IMG/VR virus record: IMGVR_UViG_3300015371_000004
Location: 1 to 64,000 of that record
Length of the DNA: 64,000 nt
DNA from: a virus
Direction: 5' to 3' (one strand)
Positions within the stretch are counted from its first letter, which is position 1. Each line of letters starts with the position of its first letter. Below the pieces are notes generated by a model. The model saw only the letters and a program-made list of their open reading frames with translations. It was not told the origin of the DNA and ran no database searches. Position numbers and translations under genes: made by a program. Positions 19,328 through 28,659 of this stretch are shown here, in pieces.

Positions 19328-20074
19328 CTACGGGAACGAGGTCGAGACCGATCGAACGACCCGGCCGGATGGATAGCTGCGCGGTTCCCCACGATACCAC
19401 GCCGTTACCGTTTTCCCCTTCAGCCGTCGGTTCAGCTCGGACTTCACGCCTTTGGCCACCGGGCCGCGCCATGAATGGGCGTTGCCAAGAAAGTACGCGA
19501 CGATCGACTCGCCGCTGTCGGCCCCGTAGTTGTCGCTGATCTTGTCCAGCGACCCCAGCGCGTCAAGATACGGCTTGGCCGCGAAGTTCACTTTCTTCCA
19601 GTCCCGGCGAACAATGGACGCGATCGACGAGAGGCTCTTGTCTTGGATCCCCTGAAGGGCGGCCGGAGCGGCCTTGTCTGCTGCCAAATCGCGGGCCGCC
19701 TTGCGCTGCTGCCGGGCACGATTGATCAGCCCCTGTGCCTCCGCACGATGAGCGGCCGTTGACTGAGTGGGCCCGCTACTTCCGGTCGGCGCTTTCGGAA
19801 TGGCTGAGTAGCCCGGCGGCGCGTTGACTGGAGTAGACGGTCCGCTGCTCCCGGTCGCGGGGCTGCCCCGGCCGAAGTCGACGATGGACTCCGACCCACG
19901 CGGGCCGACCCCCGTGGTGCCCGATCCCCGGGGCCCGCCTTCCTTGCCACAAAACTGCCCACCCTCCGGGGACCCACCCGGCTTGTGGCAGTCGTTCATC
20001 TCCTGAAAGTAGTTCAGGAGCCGCGCGCGGTTGCGCGTATCGTCGCTGTTACTCCGCGGGACGAGCGTGGTCAT
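19328..20074 (-). CDS. NxCH...GGQFC-tagged protein with conserved C-terminal phage domain
   Basis: YFQE-MNDCHKPGGSPEGGQFC, Gly/Ser/Pro linker, then RRDWKKVNFAAKPYLDAL...FLGNAHSWRG. Confidence 0.7.
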   Translation of the reverse strand: MTTLVPRSNSDDTRNRARLLNYFQEMNDCHKPGGSPEGGQFCGKEGGPRGSGTTGVGPRGSESIVDFGRGSPATGSSGPSTPVNAPPGYSAIPKAPTGSSGPTQSTAAHRAEAQGLINRARQQRKAARDLAADKAAPAALQGIQDKSLSSIASIVRRDWKKVNFAAKPYLDALGSLDKISDNYGADSGESIVAYFLGNAHSWRGPVAKGVKSELNRRLKGKTVTAWYRGEPRSYPSGRVVRSVSTSFP

Positions 20075-20077
20075 GGC

Positions 20078-20317
20078 CTACCCTCCCGGGTTCGTTCCGG
20101 CCTGCGAGGCAATGGCGCGAGACAGCGCCTCCCGGACCGTCGCGTTGGCCAGCACCCGTTCGAGAATCTGGTCGCGCTGCTCCGGCGTCAGCTCAACGTG
20201 GGCACCAATCAGCGCTTTGATGCCCCGGACCGCGTCAAACCCGAGCCCAATGAGGATACGGGTAAGGGAGCTGTAGTCGAGCACGAGCTGCTCGATCTTC
20301 TTGGGGTCCAGCGGCAT
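20078..20317 (-). CDS. Small lysis-region protein
   Basis: MPLDPKKIEQL..., SD gaggag. Confidence 0.5.
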   Translation of the reverse strand: MPLDPKKIEQLVLDYSSLTRILIGLGFDAVRGIKALIGAHVELTPEQRDQILERVLANATVREALSRAIASQAGTNPGG

Positions 20318-20828
20318 GGGTCTCTCCTCCTCGAATCGTGTCGATGATCTTCTGAATTTCGGCGATCGTGGTGTTGCCGAGCGAGAGCAGGTCCCGCTGC
20401 CCATCGGAGACCGCTAAGGTCCCGATGATCGCAACGACGGCCTGCGCTTGGCTCAAGAGGGCGTTCAGCTCAGGCGGCGCCGGTTGGCCTGCGGTCCACG
20501 CCTTGATGAGGATGGCGGCCTTCTTCTGAATCGCGAACGCGTCGGCGATCTTCGCGCTGAATTCCTTGTGCTTGTCGGTCGTGAGCTTGGTGGCGTCCGA
20601 GAGCGGACCCGCGCACGGCGTCGTCGGCGGCCAGCTGGTCGCGATAGGCGTCCCAGCCGCAACAATTTTGTTGTACTGGGCCTCGTTGCAGATCCGCAGT
20701 TCAGTGTCCTGCAAGGTCGTGAGGCGCTTGTCGACAAAGTCGATGGAGAGGATCGCGCGGTCCTTTGGTGGCAGATGCGTTCCACACGACACGAGCAGGA
20801 GAATCAGAGTCAGGCTGAGACGCTTCAT
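20235..20828 (-). CDS. Lipoprotein (spanin-like candidate)
   Basis: MKRLSLTLILLLVS-C lipobox; lysis cassette position. Confidence 0.55.
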   Translation of the reverse strand: MKRLSLTLILLLVSCGTHLPPKDRAILSIDFVDKRLTTLQDTELRICNEAQYNKIVAAGTPIATSWPPTTPCAGPLSDATKLTTDKHKEFSAKIADAFAIQKKAAILIKAWTAGQPAPPELNALLSQAQAVVAIIGTLAVSDGQRDLLSLGNTTIAEIQKIIDTIRGGETHAAGPQEDRAARARLQLPYPYPHWARV

Positions 20829-20838
20829 GGGCACCCTC

Positions 20839-21171
20839 TCAAGGTATCCGAATCGGAGCCACATTATGGACCGGACACGCACAGACGTCGATCACATACG
20901 GTAGCACGTGGTCCTTCGACAACCAGATTTCGAGCGTGAACCGGCCCGGAGGAATGTTGAAGAGATAGTACATCCCGTCCCCGCCCGTATACGTCGGGCT
21001 CGACGGCCCGTACTGGGGGTGGTTGAGCCGGACCATAATGCCCTGCGCCGGGTACTGCTGCCCGTTTGGCGCTACCCGGAAGAGCAAGCCGCGCACGGTG
21101 GCCCCGCCACGCGCCTCAGTCGAGACCACGAGGGCGGCGAGGACGAGCGCGATGAGGAGCGCGCGCTTCAA
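20839..21171 (-). CDS. Secreted carboxypeptidase-regulatory-like (prealbumin-fold) protein
   Basis: Signal peptide; TYTGGDGMYYLFNIPPGRFTLEI. Confidence 0.6.
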   Translation of the reverse strand: MKRALLIALVLAALVVSTEARGGATVRGLLFRVAPNGQQYPAQGIMVRLNHPQYGPSSPTYTGGDGMYYLFNIPPGRFTLEIWLSKDHVLPYVIDVCACPVHNVAPIRIP

Positions 21172-21809
21172 CTGCCTCCCCCAGCCGCTGCGGTTGCCGT
21201 TGGGGCCGCGGCCGTTGCCGCCGGTACGGCCACCGCGACTTCTGCCCGAGTCGGCACGTACGCCGTCCCCTGATGCAGCGAGGTCATCGTGATGGGCTGC
21301 TTAATGATAATCCGTCTGGCCGCGTGGTCATACTCGGCCACGATGGGCGTCGATCCGTACGACCGATCGGGCCCGAGGGGGACCGTCATCCCCCGGTAGT
21401 CCCGCAGGTCGAGCTGCAGATCAGGGAACTGCAGGCGACCGTCGGCCTCGGTGACCGGGATCTCCCAGCTGAACATCCCCTGATTGAGCACGCTGAGCCG
21501 GGGTGGAATCACCCGGACGTAGATGTCGTTGATATTGGGCTCGGGATCCGACGCGGGCTTCTGGAAGGCCAGCGCACCGGTCACCGTCCACGTGTGAAAG
21601 TGGGCATACTCGGCGGGCCGGTAGTGAAACATCGTCACCATGACGACGAGGTAGCCCGCAAACGCGCCTCCAAACTTGAACGAGTTCCCCTGCCACGTCC
21701 CGCTGGCGTCGCCGGTCGACGGCAGGTACTTGAAGAGCAGAAACGCCGGGACAATCGGCAAGAGCACCGCCGACCAGTTGAAGATGAGGGCGAGGATAGT
21801 CTCGTTCAC
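21168..21809 (-). CDS. Membrane protein
   Basis: Two N-terminal TM segments; FKFGGAFAGYLVV. Confidence 0.55.
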   Translation of the reverse strand: MNETILALIFNWSAVLLPIVPAFLLFKYLPSTGDASGTWQGNSFKFGGAFAGYLVVMVTMFHYRPAEYAHFHTWTVTGALAFQKPASDPEPNINDIYVRVIPPRLSVLNQGMFSWEIPVTEADGRLQFPDLQLDLRDYRGMTVPLGPDRSYGSTPIVAEYDHAARRIIIKQPITMTSLHQGTAYVPTRAEVAVAVPAATAAAPTATAAAGGGS

Positions 21810-22111
21810 GGGGTCAGGAGCGGAAGCGTCGTGTTGGGCGTGGCGACCGGCGGCGCTTTCCCAGCCGCCACCTGCGCCTTCACGTCCGTGATCGTCGTCG
21901 GCTCGCTGGCGGCGGCCGTCAGCAGGTTCAGCCGGTCCTTGTACTTGACCCAGAGCTGCAGCAGGAACGAGGCAATCAGGCCCGCCACCCCGACGATCAG
22001 GAGTTCGTTCTGTTCCGGAGACGCGATGCCCTTGCTGACGAGCCACGCCGAGACGCCCGTCAGGGCATGGCGGAGCAGCCCGGTCAGATAGGACTTGAGC
22101 AGATCAGACAT
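21806..22111 (-). CDS. Putative holin
   Basis: Two TM segments, GLLRHALT motif, directly after the amidase. Confidence 0.6.
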   Translation of the reverse strand: MSDLLKSYLTGLLRHALTGVSAWLVSKGIASPEQNELLIVGVAGLIASFLLQLWVKYKDRLNLLTAAASEPTTITDVKAQVAAGKAPPVATPNTTLPLLTP

Positions 22112-22126
22112 AAGACCTCGGGGGTT

Positions 22127-22687
22127 TTAGGGGTTGACGAGCCTCACCCTTGTGGCCTGCACAAGTCGAGCGGCCGTCTCGGCCACCTCCCGGCACTTCT
22201 GCCACGGAAACTGCCGGTCGTACCCAGACGGGTCGATCTTCCTCCCCGGGGCCACGTGCTCATGGCCGACCACCCGGTCGCCGTCGATCCTGTAGGTCCA
22301 CACGAGGCTTTCCACGAGGGCGTACAAACTGGCCAGCTGGCGGTCGGTGTACCCACTATCGTGGGTCGCAACCAGCTCGACGCCCAGCGAGAACTCGTCC
22401 ACGTGCGGCTCCTTCGTGGGGTCCCCATCGCGTGCCTTGGGCTTCATGGCCGACCGGCCTGCGTGCCACGCGACGTTGTCGTCGTGGACGATCTGGGCGA
22501 CCCGTCCGTCCCGCCCAACCAAGTAGTGCACCGAGTAATGCGAGGCAGGCTGGAGCATCCAGCGGAGCGCCGTCTCGAAGTACATCGACCCGGTGTAGTG
22601 GAGCACCAGCGCCGAGATCGGCTTCTTCCGCGGGCCGAAGTTCGGGCTCGGGTAGAACTCGTACGGCGGTCGACTCAGGTCGGTCAC
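22127..22687 (-). CDS. Endolysin, N-acetylmuramoyl-L-alanine amidase (Amidase_2/AmpD-like)
   Basis: LVLHYT, SVHYLV, AWHAG, SLGVEL, VGHEHVAPGRKIDP. Confidence 0.9.
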   Translation of the reverse strand: MTDLSRPPYEFYPSPNFGPRKKPISALVLHYTGSMYFETALRWMLQPASHYSVHYLVGRDGRVAQIVHDDNVAWHAGRSAMKPKARDGDPTKEPHVDEFSLGVELVATHDSGYTDRQLASLYALVESLVWTYRIDGDRVVGHEHVAPGRKIDPSGYDRQFPWQKCREVAETAARLVQATRVRLVNP

Positions 22688-22689
22688 AT

Positions 22690-23139
22690 CTAGGACAGCC
22701 TGCGCACGCCGAGAACATCGCTCACCGGAAAACTGGACAGGGTCACCGCGTCTCCCTGATTGCCCCCAACGGCCAGTACCCGGTCTCGCTGCGCATTGAA
22801 CCCGGCGAAAAACGCGACGTGGCCCTGCGCATCCAAGACCTCGGGGCCGGGCTGATTCCCTCCGCCGCGTTTGAACACGACGACGTCGAACCCGATTTCG
22901 GCCTCTCCCAGATCAATCGGCTTCCCGATGCCCAGCCACGACCGCGCCGACAGAGACTTCGAGCGCGGCAGCCGCCAGAGCCATGCGATCCAGTTCACGA
23001 ACGCGGAGCACCATGGGACCTCGTCGTGCCCCGGCCACGTCTGGTCCAGCCGCAGCATCGCCATGACGATCGGATTGTCAGCGAGGCCCGGCGCCTCCTT
23101 CACGCCAATGAACCGTTGGGCCTGATCGAAGGGCGTCAT
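22690..23139 (-). CDS. TIGR02594-like NlpC/P60/CHAP peptidoglycan peptidase
   Basis: DEVPWCSAFVNW, ARSW, GHVAFF, GGNQGDAV. Confidence 0.85.
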   Translation of the reverse strand: MTPFDQAQRFIGVKEAPGLADNPIVMAMLRLDQTWPGHDEVPWCSAFVNWIAWLWRLPRSKSLSARSWLGIGKPIDLGEAEIGFDVVVFKRGGGNQPGPEVLDAQGHVAFFAGFNAQRDRVLAVGGNQGDAVTLSSFPVSDVLGVRRLS

Positions 23140-23540
23140 TTGTGGCGCCGTCTCTTCCGAATCTCGTCCGTCCGCAGATTCGCGGCTCTCGCCCCCTTAA
23201 TCTGGCCTTGCGCCAGCCCTTCGGCGTGCGCGACGAGACGCGCATTTCTGACCATCTCGTCCAAGCGCGAATTGACCGACAAATGGGTCTCCTGCGCTTT
23301 CAGGTAGGCCAAGACCGAAGTCAGGGTTGTCCCCGTAAATCCCACAACGAAGATCAGGGGCAGCGCGTTGCCCCCGTCAGGGTTGGCCATCAGCACCCCC
23401 GCAATGGCCAGCAGACCCGCCGCGATCGTCGTAACCACGGCGACGAGGTACGTCTTGGCCATGGACTGCAGTGGTGCAGGCCGCTGTAGGGGGATCAGGA
23501 TCCCGGGAAGGCGTACGTCTTCCTCAGGTGAAAGCGGCAT
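23136..23540 (-). CDS. Membrane protein (two TM)
   Basis: Hydrophobic helices then HLSVNSRLD. Confidence 0.55.
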   Translation of the reverse strand: MPLSPEEDVRLPGILIPLQRPAPLQSMAKTYLVAVVTTIAAGLLAIAGVLMANPDGGNALPLIFVVGFTGTTLTSVLAYLKAQETHLSVNSRLDEMVRNARLVAHAEGLAQGQIKGARAANLRTDEIRKRRRHK

Positions 23541-23886
23541 CGTCTTCCTCCTGCTTTTTCTTGGCCACTTGGAGGTCAGCATGAAACCGGTCGGTGAACA
23601 TCTTGAAGACTTTCCAATCGCCGATGATCGCAATAGCCAGCACCAGCAGGTACCGCAACAGGATGTTCTCAAAGCTGGTCAGCGAGAAGGCCACCACACA
23701 GAACAAAATCGCGCACAGCCCGGCCGACTGCCTGAATTTCGATTTCCATGCCGCGGCCAGCTCATCGTCGAGCACGCCGAGCTGGCGGGCCTCCTTCCAG
23801 TCCAGCCACAGGCGGACCAGATACGCGAGCGCGCCGAGCGCGCCGGGCCCGGCCACTAAAAACAAGCTCCACCTAGCTGCGCTCAC
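23524..23886 (-). CDS. Membrane protein (three TM)
   Basis: Hydrophobic helices; SD aggag. Confidence 0.5.
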   Translation of the reverse strand: MSAARWSLFLVAGPGALGALAYLVRLWLDWKEARQLGVLDDELAAAWKSKFRQSAGLCAILFCVVAFSLTSFENILLRYLLVLAIAIIGDWKVFKMFTDRFHADLQVAKKKQEEDDAAFT

Positions 23887-24109
23887 GGTGTCTCCTGAAG
23901 GCGGCATCGGCCACCCTAGACGCGACTTCGAACTCGTCAATGTAGCGCTGGCGGGCCATCTCAGACCGCTCCCGTTCCCGCGCTTCCCGGGCTGTTCCGG
24001 CTCGCTGCTTCCTCAGCTCCGCCTGCGCGCTGGCCGTTTTCTCCTCGTAGACGCGCACCGGTCCACTGATCTGCCGGTCTCTAGTGAAAATACGGTCCCA
24101 GAAGCTCAC
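23873..24109 (-). CDS. Small coiled-coil protein
   Basis: GTGA coupling. Confidence 0.45.
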   Translation of the reverse strand: MSFWDRIFTRDRQISGPVRVYEEKTASAQAELRKQRAGTAREARERERSEMARQRYIDEFEVASRVADAAFRRHRERS

Positions 24110-24390
24110 GGTCCGACCTTTTTCGCCACCTCGACGACCCCTTCAACAGCCGTCTTCATCCCGGTCACGAGGTTCATGTAGGCCGACTTCCACGCCAGCT
24201 TGTCCGCGCGCTCCTCTTCGATCTGCTCGACCCGGACCTCGTCGAGTTTGGCCGCCGCGTCCACGATGGCCTTGATCTCACGGTCCACTTGGGTCCGCCA
24301 GAGGAGGAGGCCCTTGGAACTCAGGAAGACGGCCAACAGCAGCAGCGTGGTGACTGTGCCGCCCGCTGCAAGGAAGTCCGTCCAGTTCAT
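24106..24390 (-). CDS. Membrane protein (holin-like, one TM plus coil)
   Basis: N-terminal TM. Confidence 0.55.
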   Translation of the reverse strand: MNWTDFLAAGGTVTTLLLLAVFLSSKGLLLWRTQVDREIKAIVDAAAKLDEVRVEQIEEERADKLAWKSAYMNLVTGMKTAVEGVVEVAKKVGP

Positions 24391-24509
24391 TTCGGTTTCT
24401 TTCTGTTCCTATAGTCGCGCCACAAGTTGAACGCGATGTACCCGACTCCAAGAGCGGTCCAGAACGAGTAGTACTTCCAGTCTTTGATAATCGGGCCAAG
24501 GTCCTCCAT
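24387..24509 (-). CDS. 40-aa single-TM protein
   Basis: MEDLGPIIKDWKYYSFWTALGVGYIAFNLWRDYRNRKKPK; coupled on both sides. Confidence 0.5.
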   Translation of the reverse strand: MEDLGPIIKDWKYYSFWTALGVGYIAFNLWRDYRNRKKPK

Positions 24510-25477
24510 CAGTTCACCCGCCATGCGATGACGTAGCTGTTCGTGTTCAGCGTCGTCGATCCGCTCGCGTTATTCTGCGCCCACCGGAGTTTCACGTTCC
24601 CGGCGTTCGTACTGTTCACGATCAGCACGTGCATCTGAATCGACGTGCCCACCGTGTCGTCAATGCCGAACGATCCGATGCCGGTATCGGTGATGTCCGT
24701 GGTGGAGAACATCGAGACCGTCGTGGGGATAGAGGTCAGACCAGTCTGATGGCCCGACATCTGCTGCGTCCCAGCCGCGCTCGTCGGCGCATTGACCGTG
24801 ACCTTGATGTCGCCTGCCTCGGTTCCGGATGAGACGGCCAAGTAGAAATCAAAGGCCCACGTCTCGCTGGCCCCGATCGCTATCGTCAGGTGGTCATCGT
24901 CTTGCAGCGCCGAACTCGCTGAGACCGTTTCGGTGGCGGTCTTGCGCGCGAACTTCACATCGAGCAGATTCGTGAAGCTCGCGGTGCTGATCATGTCGAC
25001 GGTTGCGCCGTTCTGGCGGCACTTGAACTTCGTCGTGGACGAGTTGTACCAGCAGTCTCCGTTGGAGAGCGACGAGGGGTCGCCCGCCTGCGAGCCAAAG
25101 TTCAGACCCGCATTCGTGCCGTCCGGATTGAACGTCTGCCGCACCCCATCGGGAAAGGCGATGACATTCGAGTCGTCAATCGTGATACCGCTCTGCTGGA
25201 TACCCTTTGTGCCGCCATCGCCGCGGACGATCGCGTTGTCGGCAATGTTCGCGGCTGCCGTCACGTCACCACTTCCCGCCCCGGTAATCGGGCCGGTCCA
25301 CGTATTCACCGTTCCGCAGAAATAAAATCCGGCCGACGCCCCGGTCTTAACGTAGACACCCCCAACATTGCAGTTTGTGGGGAGCGTACCGCTAGAGGAG
25401 ATGATCGTCGATTGGTACACGCTCCAGATTCCAACAAAGGCCAGAGCAAAATTAAGAGGAAGAAGAAGTTTCTTCAT
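24509..25477 (-). CDS. Tail fibre-like protein with N-terminal signal/TM segment
   Basis: Thr/Gly/Ser-rich; DNAIVRGDG, LQDDDHL, LRWAQN motifs; follows the tail tip gene. Confidence 0.6.
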   Translation of the reverse strand: MKKLLLPLNFALAFVGIWSVYQSTIISSSGTLPTNCNVGGVYVKTGASAGFYFCGTVNTWTGPITGAGSGDVTAAANIADNAIVRGDGGTKGIQQSGITIDDSNVIAFPDGVRQTFNPDGTNAGLNFGSQAGDPSSLSNGDCWYNSSTTKFKCRQNGATVDMISTASFTNLLDVKFARKTATETVSASSALQDDDHLTIAIGASETWAFDFYLAVSSGTEAGDIKVTVNAPTSAAGTQQMSGHQTGLTSIPTTVSMFSTTDITDTGIGSFGIDDTVGTSIQMHVLIVNSTNAGNVKLRWAQNNASGSTTLNTNSYVIAWRVN

Positions 25478-28400
25478 ACAGGTCCAAAGGTGGTAAGCGT
25501 GTGCGTCACCCCGTTATAGCGATACTTGATACTAATCGTCGCATTCGGCGTCACCCCAGATCGAACCGTCCACCACGTGTCTTCAGACGGCGCCCCCGGG
25601 TCCGCGGTCAGCCCAACGAATGGAGGCGTACCCCCCGTTCCGGCTGCACCAAGAATTATTCCACCCGTATCCGGCGGTGTCCCGTCAGCTTGTGGCGGTT
25701 CAGTTCCCCAGTGCGGATTGCCGCTGATGTCCGGCCAGAGGTACCAGAACTTTCCAACCCCCAAACCCGAGCCCACGGCGCTCCGGTCTTGCAGACCAAG
25801 GTAGCCGGGGGCGCCGCTCGGGCCGTCAGTGTTCCGGTAAATATGAAGACCTGCGCCACGCCCGCTGCTCCCGTATCCGTACGAATAGATTTCTGCGTAG
25901 CCACCTTCTCCGGCGAGCCACCCACTAGGCGCGTGCACCGCGATGTCGAAGCCGACGCCCTTGGCGTATGTAATCGCGCTGCCCGGCACTTCATCCGTTT
26001 CCTGCTCGAAGCCCATCCCGATAAAGGAGGAGCCGGTCAGTGGGGATGGGCCGCCCTGATGCCAGATGTACCCGGGGCTTGGAGCACCGGCCAGATAGGT
26101 GCCGCCCGATAGCTCGCCGCCAAAATAGATATTGTTTGAGTTTCCCCCGATGTCCATCGCGATCGGGCCGTAGTTCGTCGCGAACGGATTGACGAGCTTG
26201 AGCAACGAGTACGACTGGATGTGGGTCAGTTCGAGCTGACCCTTGACCGTGTCCCACGTAAACTGGCTGTCACCGTCGAAGAAGCCGCTCGGGTTATGGA
26301 ACTGAACGGCCTTGACCGGCCCGCCCGGGACCACCGTGGTTCCGCTACCACCAAAGGACCCTGATCCGGTTGACGACAGGATGTGCCAGCTGTCCCCATG
26401 GATGACCGCATCAAAGCGCTGCAGCAGCACGCTGGCCATGGGGTTGAGCGTGATGTTGGCGTGCCCGTCGATATTGCCCGAGAACGGCTGAACGGTGACG
26501 ACACCTGCGGAGACGTTCTTGATAAAGAAGAGGCGGCCTCTCGACGTGAGAGGGAAGACCCGCAGGTTCGAGGGCGCAATCGCCGCGGTATCTGGCAGAT
26601 TGATCGTCCCGGTGCCCGCGTCGACAAAGAACGTCAGGAACTCGAACGAATTGCTGATCGCCGTCGTGTTGATGGTGTAGGGCAGCGATGTGACGCGCGA
26701 GTAGAGCCCGACGAGGCCGTCGAGCAGGGTCAGCCCGCTTATTTTATTGAAACTCTCACCTACCAGACCGGGGAGAAGAGTAATGCCTGCCGGTTCATAG
26801 TTGAGGTCCCATGTTGCTTGTGGAGTCGGGCCGGTGTCCCCCGGCGTGCCGTTCTTTCCCTTCCCCGTGAATCGGAGTCCGCCGGGTATGTCGGAGTGGC
26901 TCCCGATACCCGTACCCGCCGTGAAAAATATATCGGCGGGCGCATTCATCAAGATGCTTCCCAAGGAGCCCGTGATCCCGGTGCGCGAGCCATCTGTAGG
27001 AATAGCACCGGTGATGTTTTCGCCGAAAAGGTCGAAGGAGAAATCGAGCCCCCCGATCATCCCCATTTCGAGACGATTGGGGTCGGTCAGCCCTTTGAAG
27101 CTGCTTGGGCCAATGGAGTCCCGCGTGTACGGAAGGCCATTGTGGAGGATGGGCCCCGCGTTTCCGGCCACGAAGACCCAACCGCTCGTCTTCACCTCCC
27201 CAAGAAACGCATCAGGCTCGGACCAGAACAGCGGGCCGTAGAGAATGTGGTACGCGCCCCCACAGATACCGTTGTTCTCGTACTGCGCCGAGTACTGAGG
27301 CGGCGCCGGGCAGCACGGACATCCAGACGCGCCCCCAGCCGCGAGTGGGGTCGACCCGACGTTCGTCGTGGGGGACCCACGGAAGAGCAGGCCCTCCACC
27401 AGCGTAATAATGCGCTGAACGTCGTAGCCTTGGCTGTTGTCGGCCGTGACCGTCGTTTCGATGTTGACAACGGTGAAGACGCCGTTCAGACCCCGGATCG
27501 GGATGTTGATCGTCTGGTGCATCCCAATGCGCAGCCCGAGCTGTTTCGTGCGGTAGCGGACGCGCTTCGGGTTGGTGGCCGCTTGGTACTGCGCCAAGTA
27601 GTTATTGGCGAGCGTCTGCGCCGTCGCCAGATCGTAAGTGGTGTCGGCCGTGATGCGGACCGCACGCACGCCGCGAATCGCGATGTCGGCCGCGTCCTCC
27701 GCGATGACCGTGAACGGAACCTGATACTGGTAGGGGACATGGATCAGCACGCCCGAGCCCACAGGCCCCAGCGTCCGCGTGATCGTGTGGGTGGCGTCGT
27801 CGTAATGCCAGATCACACCCCCGGCCGTCGGTGCGCCGATCGACTCGCTGATCCCGCCGACGACCACGTACCCGTAGCCCACCGCGCCGCCGGTCGGGAC
27901 CCCATTCACCGACCCCGGCAGCCACCCGGCGATCGGGAAGTCCAGCGTCCACAGGTTGGTCGTGCCATCGCCGATGAAATTCTGATTGGGATGCTCGATG
28001 AGCTTCGGCGTGCCCCCTGCGACGAGCACCACCCGGTTGGGCCGCGCCGCGCCGCCGGGACGCCAGACTTGGATGTCCCCTTCAACAAAGCCGTCGCCCA
28101 TCGCGATGTTAAAGGGCGATGGGTTCGCGCCCGGCGGATACATCCGCAAGACCTTGTTGTAGTCGATCTCCCAGATCCACTGGGCCTCAGCCGCGAGCAC
28201 ATTCAGGAGGTCAAGGGCTGTGCGATTGTCGCCGATGAATCCCTTGATGGTCGGGCCGGTCGCCTGCGCCGGATCCAAGGTGACCCCGTTCCCGATGAAC
28301 GGCACCAGCTGCTGCAGCATCGCCTTGAGCGATTGCTCCGGGAAGGTCGCGTCGACATTGGCGAGGGCGGCATACGTCGAGAAATCAGTCGCGTCGATCG

Positions 28401-28659
28401 CAGTCTTGATAGGGACGTTGCCGATGTCGCCGAGGCCCGTCTCGTACGGCTCCACGATCAGGCCCCCGAAGATCCGGACGCCGTTCTCGGTTGCGATCAC
28501 TTCAGCGTCAGCCGGAGGGCGGTACGTCCCATCCTCCGACCGGATGGTCCCGGTCAGCTTCGCTGTGCCATTCAGCGATTCGACAATGCTGAAGCTGCCC
28601 TCGTCGAAGTAGACCGGGACCCCAGAGACCGCCGCGGTGTAGACCGGGCGGCTAGGCAT
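25474..28659 (-). CDS. Tail tip/hub and fibre protein
   Basis: About 1060 aa downstream of the tape measure; hub-like N-terminus (RIFGGLI, WEIDYNKVL, NRVVLVAG). Confidence 0.75.
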   Translation of the reverse strand: MPSRPVYTAAVSGVPVYFDEGSFSIVESLNGTAKLTGTIRSEDGTYRPPADAEVIATENGVRIFGGLIVEPYETGLGDIGNVPIKTAIDATDFSTYAALANVDATFPEQSLKAMLQQLVPFIGNGVTLDPAQATGPTIKGFIGDNRTALDLLNVLAAEAQWIWEIDYNKVLRMYPPGANPSPFNIAMGDGFVEGDIQVWRPGGAARPNRVVLVAGGTPKLIEHPNQNFIGDGTTNLWTLDFPIAGWLPGSVNGVPTGGAVGYGYVVVGGISESIGAPTAGGVIWHYDDATHTITRTLGPVGSGVLIHVPYQYQVPFTVIAEDAADIAIRGVRAVRITADTTYDLATAQTLANNYLAQYQAATNPKRVRYRTKQLGLRIGMHQTINIPIRGLNGVFTVVNIETTVTADNSQGYDVQRIITLVEGLLFRGSPTTNVGSTPLAAGGASGCPCCPAPPQYSAQYENNGICGGAYHILYGPLFWSEPDAFLGEVKTSGWVFVAGNAGPILHNGLPYTRDSIGPSSFKGLTDPNRLEMGMIGGLDFSFDLFGENITGAIPTDGSRTGITGSLGSILMNAPADIFFTAGTGIGSHSDIPGGLRFTGKGKNGTPGDTGPTPQATWDLNYEPAGITLLPGLVGESFNKISGLTLLDGLVGLYSRVTSLPYTINTTAISNSFEFLTFFVDAGTGTINLPDTAAIAPSNLRVFPLTSRGRLFFIKNVSAGVVTVQPFSGNIDGHANITLNPMASVLLQRFDAVIHGDSWHILSSTGSGSFGGSGTTVVPGGPVKAVQFHNPSGFFDGDSQFTWDTVKGQLELTHIQSYSLLKLVNPFATNYGPIAMDIGGNSNNIYFGGELSGGTYLAGAPSPGYIWHQGGPSPLTGSSFIGMGFEQETDEVPGSAITYAKGVGFDIAVHAPSGWLAGEGGYAEIYSYGYGSSGRGAGLHIYRNTDGPSGAPGYLGLQDRSAVGSGLGVGKFWYLWPDISGNPHWGTEPPQADGTPPDTGGIILGAAGTGGTPPFVGLTADPGAPSEDTWWTVRSGVTPNATISIKYRYNGVTHTLTTFGPV

